In this document: in pieces, positions 1 through 8,958 of the stretch | How the letters are laid out: each line of letters starts with the position of its first letter | Numbering within the stretch: position 1 is the stretch's first letter | Assembly (NCBI GenBank): GCA_001789395.1 | Contig: MFZK01000014.1 | Coordinates: 47,130 to 111,129 of the forward strand | Direction: 5' to 3' | Length of the DNA stretch: 64,000 bases | Source of the DNA: Candidatus Roizmanbacteria bacterium RIFCSPHIGHO2_02_FULL_37_13b | GTDB taxonomy: Bacteria > Patescibacteriota > Microgenomatia > UBA1406 > HO2-37-13b | Program-made: the position numbers and the translations under genes | The notes under the pieces: model-generated | Told to the model about the DNA's origin: nothing | Databases searched by the model: none | Seen by the model: only the letters and a program-made list of their open reading frames with translations

Positions 1-2230
1 GATTTTGACTCCTTAAGCCAATCATAAATGAAATTACGACAAACAAACTACCAATCAATCCAAATCCGATGATATAACGGAAATCACTGATGTTGATAAT
101 ACTCTCTGCATGATTCCATTTGAGTTTGGATTGATGTTTACTTTGCGGAGTGAAGGCCAAAGACAGGGCAGGCAAGCCATCAGTGACCAAATTAATATAC
201 AAAATTTGTAAGGCGGTTAAGATAGGCGGAATTCCAATAATCGCTGAGAAAATTACAGCAAATACTTCTGCGGTATTTGTGGTTAATAAATAAATGACGG
301 AGTTTTTTATGTGGTGATAAATTGATCTGCCTTCTTCAATCGCGCTTATTAGTGTTGCAAAATTATCATCGGTGAGGACGATATCGGCGACATCTTTGCT
401 GACATCGGTTCCGCTTAAGCCCATTGCAATACCGATATCAGCTTGTTTTAATGCTAAAGCATCATTTATTCCATCTCCGGTCACAGCAACAGATTCACCT
501 AAGCTTTGAAGTATTTTAACCAATCGATATTTGTGATACGGAGTCGTCCGGGCAAAAATTTTGACCTTTCCTATGATCTTTGAAAGTGCATCGTCAGAGT
601 AGCTATCAAGTTGTTCACCAGTTATAACATCTTCATTTTCTTTAATGATGCCAGCATCAATGCCTATTTTTGCTGCGGTAAATTCATTATCACCGGTTAT
701 CATCAAAACCTTGATGCCGGAATCAAGAGCCGCCTTGACAGCAAATTGAATTCCTGATCTAAGGGGGTCAGAAATAGCGACAAAACCTAAAAAAATTTGA
801 TCTTGGTGTATGTTGCCTTTAAGACTATTTTTATAGGAAAAAGCTAAAGTTCGATAGCCTGTTCTTGCAAGACTTTTTACCTGGTCGATAATTTGTTTAC
901 GATCCATAGTCTTTAATTTCATATTTCGTGAATTATTGAGCCAGTGAGTGCATGAGTTAATTACTGATTCCGGAGCGCCTTTGGTAAATACATAACCATC
1001 TTTATTATTTTTTACCATTACCGACATAGACTTTTTGACTGAATCAAATGCGGCTTCATCTATAATTTGCCAAGATTTTCGGACTTGATCGATATCCATC
1101 CCGTGTTCACGAGCATAAATAAGTAATGCGCCTTCAGTTGGATCACCGATCATATCGTAGCTCTTATCTGCCTTATAAATTAGTGACGAGGTTGAACACA
1201 TTATGCCATTGAGTACTAATAGACGAAAGGCAGGATTAGATTTGTCGATATTAACCTTGCTATCAGATATTTTGCCATCTATTGCTATTTTTTCAACAAC
1301 CATTCTATTGGTAGTTAGAGTTCCGGTCTTGTCTGTTGCAAGGACTGTGATTGATCCTAAGCCTTCGACAGCAGATATTTTTCGAACAATCGCCCCACGT
1401 TTTGCCATCCGTTCAACGCCAATTGCAAGACTAATAGTCATAACCGAAGGTAAACCTTCCGGTACTGCCGCAACAGCAAGACAAATTCCAAAGATAAAAC
1501 TTTCGAGAATATCTCTACTTCTTATGAAAGTTAAAAAAAAGACGACGAGTGATGCCAAGATTCCGGCAGCGCCCATTCTTCCAGTGAATATATCCAATTT
1601 TTTCTGGAGTGGAGTTTTTTGATCATTAATTTGATTGAGACTTTGAGCAATATGACCAAATCGTGTTTTATATCCTGTCTTTATGACCTCTCCAAAGACT
1701 CGTCCTTTTACAATAGTTGTCCCTAAATAAATAATGTTATTTTGATTGTCAGATTCATGTTTAATAACCGGTTGTGATTCGCCCGTCAATGCACTTTCAT
1801 TTACTTCAAAATGCCAAGATTTAAATATTTTTATATCGGCAGGGACGATTGTTCCTTGCTCTAAATGAACAATGTCTCCTTCGACTAAAAATCGATTATC
1901 TATTTCTTTTTCCAGGCCATCTCGAATCACTCTGACCTGTGTGATCGTCATTTTTTTCAATGACAGAAGAGACTGCTCTGTCTTATATTCCTGATATGTA
2001 CCTAGTGCAGCATTAAGAGCCAATATTAAAAAAATAAAGAATGAATCAAGTAAAGCCCCTGAAAAGTAGGAGATTATAGAAGCTCCAATTAAAAGCACAG
2101 ACAGAAAATTATAAAATTGATTGAAAAAGGAAGCAATAACGCGATAATTTCTTTTTTCAGGTATTTGGTTCAGACCATCCCGATTTAATCTTTTTTCTGC
2201 TTCATTTGTTGAAAGACCATTTTTGAGCAT
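1..2230 (-). CDS. P-type (E1-E2) cation-transporting ATPase, type II-like; about 743 N-terminal codons, C-terminus beyond window start
   Basis: The reverse-strand frame is uninterrupted from the ATG (complement of 2228-2230) to position 1. Hand translation gives MLKNGLSTNEAEKRLNRDGLNQIPEKR, PEGLP, the phosphorylation motif DKTGTLT (around 1290-1320) and the hinge motif TGDGINDA. It is absent from the ORF track because it has no stop inside the window. Confidence 0.88.
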   Translation of the reverse strand, partial: MLKNGLSTNEAEKRLNRDGLNQIPEKRNYRVIASFFNQFYNFLSVLLIGASIISYFSGALLDSFFIFLILALNAALGTYQEYKTEQSLLSLKKMTITQVRVIRDGLEKEIDNRFLVEGDIVHLEQGTIVPADIKIFKSWHFEVNESALTGESQPVIKHESDNQNNIIYLGTTIVKGRVFGEVIKTGYKTRFGHIAQSLNQINDQKTPLQKKLDIFTGRMGAAGILASLVVFFLTFIRSRDILESFIFGICLAVAAVPEGLPSVMTISLAIGVERMAKRGAIVRKISAVEGLGSITVLATDKTGTLTTNRMVVEKIAIDGKISDSKVNIDKSNPAFRLLVLNGIMCSTSSLIYKADKSYDMIGDPTEGALLIYAREHGMDIDQVRKSWQIIDEAAFDSVKKSMSVMVKNNKDGYVFTKGAPESVINSCTHWLNNSRNMKLKTMDRKQIIDQVKSLARTGYRTLAFSYKNSLKGNIHQDQIFLGFVAISDPLRSGIQFAVKAALDSGIKVLMITGDNEFTAAKIGIDAGIIKENEDVITGEQLDSYSDDALSKIIGKVKIFARTTPYHKYRLVKILQSLGESVAVTGDGINDALALKQADIGIAMGLSGTDVSKDVADIVLTDDNFATLISAIEEGRSIYHHIKNSVIYLLTTNTAEVFAVIFSAIIGIPPILTALQILYINLVTDGLPALSLAFTPQSKHQSKLKWNHAESIINISDFRYIIGFGLIGSLFVVISFMIGLRSQN

Positions 2231-2273
2231 GACAATATTGATTATAAACAATTTATCGATCTCTTTTTAGTTA

Positions 2274-2302
2274 TTGACGACATATGCTTCGTACTATATA
2301 AT
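2274..2302 (+). promoter_or_regulatory. sigma70-type promoter for the ribosomal protein cluster
   Basis: TTGACG at 2274-2279, a 17-nt spacer, then TATAAT at 2297-2302. It lies about 100 nt upstream of the rplC ATG. Confidence 0.6.
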
Positions 2303-2374
2303 TTACTCTAATGTTAAATAAGACGGCTCTAAACAGTTTTATTTAATTTGTCGGATTGATCGGGTTTTTAAAAA

Positions 2375-2400
2375 GGCCCCAATCTGGGGTTATTTTTTTT
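2375..2400 (+). promoter_or_regulatory. terminator-like hairpin plus U-tract inside the rplC leader (candidate attenuator)
   Basis: GGCCCCA-atc-TGGGGTT stem followed by T8 (2393-2400). It ends 3 nt before the rplC start codon. Confidence 0.4.
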
Positions 2401-2403
2401 ATT

Positions 2404-3081
2404 ATGGCATTTATTTTAGGTCAAAAAAGCAAATCAGAGCAAATGTTTGACGGCAATGGCAATCGCATTGTTGTTACTAATATCGATACTTATCCCTGTT
2501 ATATAGTTAATTTTAATGAAAATGAAACTAAAGGGCAGCTGATAATAAGGCTTGCTCAAGGAAAAATTACTAAAAATAGCAAGCCCTTACAAGGACAGCT
2601 AAAAAAAGCGGGGATTAAAACCCCGCTTCGTTTTTTAAAAGAGATGAAGATACCTATAACTTTCGTTGAAAAATTTGAAAAGAACGGCAAAAAAGCATTT
2701 AAGTTTAACGAAAAAGAAATTGAAGTAGGAATGGAAGTAAAACCAATAGATTTTTTTAAGAAAGATGATATTGTTTCTGTAACCGGTGTCTCCAAAGGAA
2801 AGGGGTTTCAGGGGGTAGTAAGAAGACATCGATTTTCTGGTGGTCCCCGAACACATGGTCAGTCAGATAGAGAAAGAGCTCCAGGGTCGATTGGTTCATC
2901 GACGACTCCGGGCAGGGTCTTAAAAGGTAAGAGAATGGCTGGAAAAATGGGAAAAGAAACAGTAACAGTTAAAAATCTTAAAATTGTCGAGGCTACTGAT
3001 AAACATTTGCTTATCAAAGGGTTAGTTCCAGGCGCTAAGGGATCGTTGATCGCGATTTACTCAATACGCGGTGATAAATAA
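2404..3081 (+). CDS. rplC: 50S ribosomal protein L3
   Basis: ORF 2356..3081. The L3-like N-terminus MAFILGQKSKSEQMFDGNGNRIVVT begins at ATG 2404. Conserved SKGKGFQGVVRRHRFSGGPRTHGQS is present. Confidence 0.95.
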   Translation: MAFILGQKSKSEQMFDGNGNRIVVTNIDTYPCYIVNFNENETKGQLIIRLAQGKITKNSKPLQGQLKKAGIKTPLRFLKEMKIPITFVEKFEKNGKKAFKFNEKEIEVGMEVKPIDFFKKDDIVSVTGVSKGKGFQGVVRRHRFSGGPRTHGQSDRERAPGSIGSSTTPGRVLKGKRMAGKMGKETVTVKNLKIVEATDKHLLIKGLVPGAKGSLIAIYSIRGDK

Positions 3082-3083
3082 AT

Positions 3084-3782
3084 ATGGAAAAAAAATTAAT
3101 TAAAGCGGAGCGTAAGGAGCTTAAAGAAAAAAAGCCTACGATTACAAAGGCAAACAAACTGACGGCCGATGTATATGATATTGAGGGAAAAAAAATTGAG
3201 GGAATAACCTTAGATGAACGAATCTTTAACGTTATTGTATCTGCACGATTAATGGCTCAATATGTTCGAGTATACAATGACAGAACACATCAAGGAACGA
3301 GAGAGACAAAGACAAGAGCCGATGTTATAGGTTCGACGGTTAAAATTTTTCGACAAAAAGGAACAGGAAGAGCGCGTCATGGTAGTAAAAAGGCCCCTAT
3401 CTTTGTTGGAGGTGGTGTAGCTCACGGTCCTCATGCAAAAACCGACTTTTTGACAATAAATAAAAAACAAAAAAGACTAGCACTTTATGGTGCTTTAACT
3501 GCACAATTCAAAAAAAGTAAATTCTTGTTTGTCAAGGGATTAAGAGAGATTGAACCAAAAACTAAGAAAATGATTGAATTTTTTAAAAAAATAAATCTGG
3601 AAAAAAGCAATAAATTACTAATTATCTATCCTATCGATAAATCTAAAAACATTATTCTGTCCGCCAGAAATATCGAGGGTATTAGTCTAATGAATGTAAC
3701 CAATCTAAATGCCATGGAAGTTCTCAAAGCGAAGCATATATTGATGTGTGTAGAAGCTTTAGATTTTTTCAATAAAAAATGA
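3084..3782 (+). CDS. rplD: 50S ribosomal protein L4
   Basis: FRQKGTGRARHGS and APIFVGGGVAHGP motifs. Position after rplC. Confidence 0.95.
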   Translation: MEKKLIKAERKELKEKKPTITKANKLTADVYDIEGKKIEGITLDERIFNVIVSARLMAQYVRVYNDRTHQGTRETKTRADVIGSTVKIFRQKGTGRARHGSKKAPIFVGGGVAHGPHAKTDFLTINKKQKRLALYGALTAQFKKSKFLFVKGLREIEPKTKKMIEFFKKINLEKSNKLLIIYPIDKSKNIILSARNIEGISLMNVTNLNAMEVLKAKHILMCVEALDFFNKK

Positions 3783-4066
3783 ATATAAATGAAATTATTA
3801 TAAAACCAGTAATTACAGAAAAAGGTCTGAACCAGATCAATTCCCAAGTTTATACCTTTGAGGTTTCCATAAAAGCTAATAAATTTCAGATAAAGAAAAC
3901 AGTTGAAGATATGTTTAAAGTCAAAGTGGAAAATGTAAAAACGATGATACGTAAAGGTAAGTCTCGTCGAGTCGGTAAAAAAATGAAGACGAAGAAATTA
4001 TCGCAGCGAAAATTTGCGTACGTAAAAGTCAGTTCAGGTAAAATCGATCTTTTCCCGCATAAATAA
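3779..4066 (+). CDS. rplW: 50S ribosomal protein L23
   Basis: IIKPVITEK N-terminus. ATGA overlap with rplD. Operon position. Confidence 0.93.
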   Translation: MNINEIIIKPVITEKGLNQINSQVYTFEVSIKANKFQIKKTVEDMFKVKVENVKTMIRKGKSRRVGKKMKTKKLSQRKFAYVKVSSGKIDLFPHK

Positions 4067-4067
4067 T

Positions 4068-4844
4068 ATGAATAAATCAACAAACGTTCCAAAGACATTG
4101 AATCCAGAAAAAGTTCTAACAAGGATTCTAAAAAAGAGATCGGGTAGAGACAATTCTGGACAGATTTCAGTTAGACATCAAGGTGGAAGGCAAAAACGAT
4201 ATTATCGTTTTATTGATTCCAGTCGTGATAAAAAAGATATGGAAGCTAAGATAATAGGAGTTGAATACGATCCTAACCGGACCGCAAATATTTCTTTGGT
4301 TGAATATAAAGATGGAGTTAGAAAGTATATTTTGCACGTTGAAGGTCAGATGATAGGCGACAAAATTATATCGTCATCAATAGTTGAGGTTAAAATCGGT
4401 AATGCCATGTTTTTAAAAAATATTCCATTAGGTACACAAATTCACAACGTTGAACTTTATCCTGGTCAGGGAGGGGCTCTTATAAAGAGCGCTGGGTCGA
4501 GTGGAGTAGTCATCGCTAAAGATGAGAAATACGCAGATATCAAATTGCCTTCAAAAGAAGTTCGTAAAATTCTATTGACTTGCATGGCGACAATAGGACA
4601 AATCAGTAACGTTGCTCATAAACTAGAAAAAATAGGCAAAGCCGGACGAAATAGACTAAAGGGGATTCGGCCGACCGTTCGAGGAGTGGCTCAAAACCCT
4701 CGCAGTCATTCGCATGGTGGTGGTGAAGGAAGATCCGGGATCGGTATGCATCCAAAGACTCCTTGGGGTAAATCAGCTATGGGAACGCGAACGAGAAATA
4801 AAAAAAAGTGGAGTAATAAATTAATAGTCAAACGTCGTAACTAG
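4068..4844 (+). CDS. rplB: 50S ribosomal protein L2
   Basis: RHQGGRQKRYYRFID and RGVAQNPRSHSHGGGEGR motifs. Confidence 0.96.
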   Translation: MNKSTNVPKTLNPEKVLTRILKKRSGRDNSGQISVRHQGGRQKRYYRFIDSSRDKKDMEAKIIGVEYDPNRTANISLVEYKDGVRKYILHVEGQMIGDKIISSSIVEVKIGNAMFLKNIPLGTQIHNVELYPGQGGALIKSAGSSGVVIAKDEKYADIKLPSKEVRKILLTCMATIGQISNVAHKLEKIGKAGRNRLKGIRPTVRGVAQNPRSHSHGGGEGRSGIGMHPKTPWGKSAMGTRTRNKKKWSNKLIVKRRN

Positions 4845-4855
4845 GCAATAAAAAC

Positions 4856-5308
4856 ATGGAAGTTAAAGCTTATATAAAGTATCTGAGAATTTCGCCAAAG
4901 AAGTTAAGATTGCTTGTAGATGATATAAAAAGACAGACGCCTAGAGTAGCACTTGAACTTCTTCCTTTAAGTTCAAAGCGAGGTTCTAAATTTCTTTTTA
5001 AAGCGATTAAATCAGCAGTTAATAATGCTAAAGTCAAGATTAGTGCTGACATCGATGATTTACGTTTTAAAGCCATTATAATTGAATCATGAGCAGTACT
5101 GAAGCGATTTCGAGCAGGTAGTAAAGGAAGAGCCAATCAATATAAGAGACGGAGCTCTCACATAAAGGTTATATTAGAAAGTCTAGAAAAAGAAAAAAAT
5201 AAAACTGATATTAAACCTATTGAAACCAACGAGACAAAAAAAATCAAAGTTACAAAAGTGAAAAAGATCCCTCCGCTAAATCAGCAGGGGAAAATAAAAA
5301 AAGAATAA
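4856..5308 (+). CDS. rplV: 50S ribosomal protein L22, interrupted by an in-frame TGA at 5090-5092
   Basis: The ORF track stops at 5092 (78 aa). The same frame continues to TAA at 5306-5308 and encodes AVLKRFRAGSKGRANQYKRRSSHIKVILES, which is the conserved L22 core. rpsC starts at 5310. Confidence 0.85.
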
Positions 5309-5309
5309 T

Positions 5310-5951
5310 ATGGGACAAAAAGTAAATCCAAAAGGATTAAGACTTGGAATTTTGACTACTTGGGATTCAAGATGGATGTTCTCTAACAAAGAATTATATC
5401 GAAAAAGTATTTTGGAAGACGTGAAAATTCGTGAAGGATTAATAAAAAAATTCCAGTTTGCCATAGTTACTCAAGTAGAGATAGAGCGAGCGATTAACAG
5501 GATTACGATAATTATCCATGCTGCCCGTCCGGGAATGATTATCGGTCGAGGTGGGAAAGGATTAGAGGACGTAAAGAAGTTTGTCATGTTAATTATGTCT
5601 TCAAGAAAAAGTGAGATTGATAAAATGAAGATCGAGTTAAAAGTCGAACCGGTAAAAAAACCATATCTTAATGCATATTTTGTGGCGAATGAAATAGCTG
5701 GTAAGTTAATTCGTGGTTTACCTCATCGCGTAGTGGTACATTTTGCCATGAATAAGGCTATGGAATCAGGGGCAAGAGGGATAAAAGTACAGTTAGGTGG
5801 CAGAATTAATGGTGCTGCAATTTCACGTCGAGAAAAATACTATGAAGGGACAGTTCCTGTGTCGACGATTCGTGAAGATATTGATTTTGCACGTTTCCCG
5901 GCCCTGACAAAATCAGGTTATATTGGGATAAAAATTTGGATCGCAAGATAA
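5310..5951 (+). CDS. rpsC: 30S ribosomal protein S3
   Basis: MGQKVNPKGLRLG N-terminus and the KH-domain motif GMIIGRGGKGLE. Confidence 0.96.
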   Translation: MGQKVNPKGLRLGILTTWDSRWMFSNKELYRKSILEDVKIREGLIKKFQFAIVTQVEIERAINRITIIIHAARPGMIIGRGGKGLEDVKKFVMLIMSSRKSEIDKMKIELKVEPVKKPYLNAYFVANEIAGKLIRGLPHRVVVHFAMNKAMESGARGIKVQLGGRINGAAISRREKYYEGTVPVSTIREDIDFARFPALTKSGYIGIKIWIAR

Positions 5952-5954
5952 ATT

Positions 5955-6362
5955 ATGTTAGCACCAAAAAGACAAAAATATCGAAAACAATTCAGAGGAG
6001 TTTGGCGGAAAATTGCAGTAAAAGGAAACGAATTAAACTTTGGTGCCTATGGGTTGAAAACATTGAATTCTGGATGGATATCAGATCGCCAAATTGAGGC
6101 ATCTCGAGTAGCTTTAGCTCGAGCAACGCGGAAAGTTGGCAAATTCTGGCTCAGAATTTTTCCTGATAAACCCTACACAAAAAAACCCCCAGAAGTGACA
6201 ATGGGATCAGGTAAAGGGGACGTTTCTCATTACGTTGCAAGTGTGGTTGCCGGAAAAATATTATTTGAGGTTGATGGATTATCGGAATCTGAAGCACGTG
6301 CAGTTTTTAAAACCATTAGCTCAAAATTACCAGTTAAGACACGGACAATCATTAAATTATGA
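5955..6362 (+). CDS. rplP: 50S ribosomal protein L16
   Basis: MLAPKRQKYRKQFRG N-terminus and MGSGKGDVSHYVA. Confidence 0.96.
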   Translation: MLAPKRQKYRKQFRGVWRKIAVKGNELNFGAYGLKTLNSGWISDRQIEASRVALARATRKVGKFWLRIFPDKPYTKKPPEVTMGSGKGDVSHYVASVVAGKILFEVDGLSESEARAVFKTISSKLPVKTRTIIKL

Positions 6363-6571
6363 AAAAATCTGAGCTACAACAATTGAAAGGTAAACAAAGT
6401 CAAGATTTAGATATAAAAGTTGAAGAATTGAGAAGAAAAATAAATATGTCTCAACTTGATAATAAAGTTAATCCACCAAAAGATTCAAACAGCCTGAGTA
6501 AATTAAAAAAAACACTAGCGCAAATTTTAACAATTAGAAGTGAAAAAGGACTTAAAAAGGGTCAAGTATAA
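6359..6571 (+). CDS. rpmC: 50S ribosomal protein L29
   Basis: Small helical protein in the L16/S17 slot. ATGA overlap with rplP. Confidence 0.85.
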   Translation: MKKSELQQLKGKQSQDLDIKVEELRRKINMSQLDNKVNPPKDSNSLSKLKKTLAQILTIRSEKGLKKGQV

Positions 6572-6575
6572 TTTT

Positions 6576-6806
6576 ATGGCTAAAATTCTAAATGGGACAG
6601 TTGTATCAACGAAAATGAACAAAACAGTAGTTGTTGAAGTGGAAAGAATTTTTTCTCATGGAGTCTATAAAAAAACAGTGAGAAAGAATAAAAGATTTAA
6701 AGCTCACAATGAGAATTTGGATTTGCATCTCGGTGATAAAGTTATCATTTCTGAAACACGGCCAATTTCAAGAGATAAGCATTTTATTGTTAAAAGTAAG
6801 GAATAA
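6576..6806 (+). CDS. rpsQ: 30S ribosomal protein S17
   Basis: ORF 6540..6806. The S17-like sequence [24 protein letters not shown] starts at ATG 6576, just after the rpmC stop. Confidence 0.93.
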   Translation: MAKILNGTVVSTKMNKTVVVEVERIFSHGVYKKTVRKNKRFKAHNENLDLHLGDKVIISETRPISRDKHFIVKSKE

Positions 6807-6818
6807 TATAAAAGAAAT

Positions 6819-7193
6819 ATGTTGCAGTTAAGATCAGTTATGAAGGTAGCCGATAATTCTGGTGCTAGAGAAGCATATATGATTGGTATTCCAAAAAAAG
6901 GTAACAAAAAAATAGCCTACATTGGGAATATTATTAACGTGGTTGTAAAAAAAGCTGATCCATACTCCCAAATAAAAAGAGGAGATAAATTAGCCGCGGT
7001 TATTGTTCGAACTAGAAAAGAAATGCGACGTAGGGATGGTAGTTATATACGCTTTGATGATAATGCCGTGGTAATTTTACAGGACAAAACATCTCAAGAT
7101 CCAAAAGGAACACGAGTTTTTGGACCGGTGGCACGAGAAATAAAAGATCTAGGATTTAATAAAATTGCTAGTTTGGCTACAGAAATATATTGA
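6819..7193 (+). CDS. rplN: 50S ribosomal protein L14
   Basis: KVADNSGAREAYMIG motif. Operon position. Confidence 0.96.
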   Translation: MLQLRSVMKVADNSGAREAYMIGIPKKGNKKIAYIGNIINVVVKKADPYSQIKRGDKLAAVIVRTRKEMRRRDGSYIRFDDNAVVILQDKTSQDPKGTRVFGPVAREIKDLGFNKIASLATEIY

Positions 7194-7195
7194 TT

Positions 7196-7501
7196 ATGAA
7201 ATTTAAAAAAGGAGACAAAATAAGAGTATTTGTAGGGAAGGATAAAGGACGCGAGGGCAAAATTGAAAAGGTTTATTCCAAAATGAGTAAAGTATTGATA
7301 GTTGGGATAAATATCTACAAAAAACACATAAAAAAGAATGAAAAAATGCCAAAAGGCGGGATAGTAGAATTACCCCGACCAATGGATGTCTCAAAACTTA
7401 TGTTTATTTGTCCAAAATGTAAAGCAGATGTTAAATTAGGATACAAATTTATCGGCCAAAAAAAACTTAGAATTTGCAGAAAATGCGCCGCAGAAGTATG
7501 A
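7196..7501 (+). CDS. rplX: 50S ribosomal protein L24 (KOW) with C-terminal CxxC...CxxC knuckle
   Basis: MKFKKGDKIRVFVGKDKGREGKI KOW motif. First ATG at 7196 (the track ORF begins at TTG 7190). The C-terminus is CPKC-x17-CRKC. Confidence 0.92.
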   Translation: MKFKKGDKIRVFVGKDKGREGKIEKVYSKMSKVLIVGINIYKKHIKKNEKMPKGGIVELPRPMDVSKLMFICPKCKADVKLGYKFIGQKKLRICRKCAAEV

Positions 7502-8034
7502 CAATAATGGATCTTTATCAAAACGAGGTTAGGGCAAAATTGGAGAAAGAATTTAAATTGAAAAATCCTATGCAATGCCCAAAGTTAGTAAAAGTGGTTT
7601 TAAATGTGGGAGCAGGAGAAGCTGTAACCAACAAAAAAGTGCTTGATGATATTGCCGCGGAGCTTGGTACGATTAGTGGTCAGAAACCGATTATTACCCA
7701 TGCGCATCAATCGATTTCCGCCTTCAAAATAAGAGCTGGTATGCCAATCGGCGTCAAAGTTACTCTTAGAGGAAAACGAATGTATGCATTTGTTGAAAAG
7801 CTAATCGGAATTGTACTGCCAAGATTCAGAGATTTTTCGGGTCTTGGAGAAACAGCAGTTGATAAATATGGAAATTTGAATTTAGGAATAACCGAGCAAA
7901 TAATTTTTCCCGAAATCGATTATGATAAAATAGGAAAACTTAGAGGACTGCAGGTTACCATCGTCACAACAGCGAGAAATAAAGAGATGGGGAAGAAGTT
8001 ATTCCAATTGTTAGGAATCCCATTTAAAAGTTGA
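7498..8034 (+). CDS. rplE: 50S ribosomal protein L5
   Basis: ORF 7474..8034. ATG 7498 overlaps the rplX stop. NLGITEQIIFPEIDYDK motif. Confidence 0.95.
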   Translation: MTIMDLYQNEVRAKLEKEFKLKNPMQCPKLVKVVLNVGAGEAVTNKKVLDDIAAELGTISGQKPIITHAHQSISAFKIRAGMPIGVKVTLRGKRMYAFVEKLIGIVLPRFRDFSGLGETAVDKYGNLNLGITEQIIFPEIDYDKIGKLRGLQVTIVTTARNKEMGKKLFQLLGIPFKS

Positions 8035-8050
8035 TTTTTTTCATATCTAA

Positions 8051-8236
8051 ATGGCTAAAAAGTCTAATGTAGTCAAGTTTTTAAAAAAGCAGAAGTTTAC
8101 GAGTAGAGATCACAATCGCTGTCCTTTATGTGGAAGAGCACGGGGGTTTTTAAGACGATTTGGACTTTGTCGAATATGTTTTCGGGAGAAGGCATTAAAA
8201 GGAGAAATTCCCGGTGTTACAAAAATTTCTTGGTAA
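8051..8236 (+). CDS. rpsN: 30S ribosomal protein S14, short zinc-ribbon (type Z) form
   Basis: 61 aa with [23 protein letters not shown]. Confidence 0.95.
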   Translation: MAKKSNVVKFLKKQKFTSRDHNRCPLCGRARGFLRRFGLCRICFREKALKGEIPGVTKISW

Positions 8237-8267
8237 GACTTAAAGACTTATTAGTTAAATAAAAAAA

Positions 8268-8552
8268 ATGTCACGATCACTAAAAAAAGGAGCTTATATT
8301 GATCAAAAATTGTTAATAAAAGTTCTTAAACAAAAGGACAAGGGGATAAAAGAACCGATCAAAACCTGGTCACGTGCCTGTCAGATAGCACCAGATTTTG
8401 TTGGAAGTCGTTTTCTAGTCCATACAGGAAATAAATTTATTGAAATCTTTATTTCTGAATCAATGGTAGGACATCGTCTCGGAGAATTTGCACCGACACG
8501 TACTTTTAGAGGTCATGGGAAAGTTACCAAGAGAATTATTGAAAAAACCTAA
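8268..8552 (+). CDS. rpsS: 30S ribosomal protein S19 (in a non-canonical position)
   Basis: [12 protein letters not shown]...[19 protein letters not shown] is unmistakably S19. It lies between rpsN and rpsH instead of between rplB and rplV. Confidence 0.95.
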   Translation: MSRSLKKGAYIDQKLLIKVLKQKDKGIKEPIKTWSRACQIAPDFVGSRFLVHTGNKFIEIFISESMVGHRLGEFAPTRTFRGHGKVTKRIIEKT

Positions 8553-8561
8553 AAACGATTT

Positions 8562-8951
8562 ATGAATAATCCATTCGTTGATCTAATAATTAGAATTAAA
8601 AATGGTTATGGGGCAAGAAAAGATAGTATCGAAGTTAAATACTGCGAACTAAATTTATCAATTCTTGAGGTATTAAAACATAATAAATACATTCACGACT
8701 TTAAGTTAGAAGGCATGGGGCCCAGGAAAAGAATTTTAGTTAAATTAAGCTATATATCTGGAGAACCAATAGTCAAAGGCATAAAGTTAGCTTCTCGATC
8801 AGGAAGAAGAATCTATACTAAAGTTAAAGATTTAAAACAAGTCTTAGGAGGCTTGGGAATGGCAGTATTATCGACTCCTAAGGGCGTTGTAACTGATAAG
8901 CAAGCAAGGAAAATGAAAATTGGTGGTGAAGTACTATTTATAATTTGGTAA
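8562..8951 (+). CDS. rpsH: 30S ribosomal protein S8
   Basis: DLIIRIKNG and GMAVLSTPKGVVTDKQARKMKIGGEVL motifs. Confidence 0.95.
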   Translation: MNNPFVDLIIRIKNGYGARKDSIEVKYCELNLSILEVLKHNKYIHDFKLEGMGPRKRILVKLSYISGEPIVKGIKLASRSGRRIYTKVKDLKQVLGGLGMAVLSTPKGVVTDKQARKMKIGGEVLFIIW

Positions 8952-8958
8952 TGCAAAA

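Noticed and set aside
1203-1622. Plus-strand ORF of 139 aa
   Set aside because: It lies entirely antisense to the uninterrupted P-type ATPase frame containing DKTGTLT. It has no recognisable sequence features.
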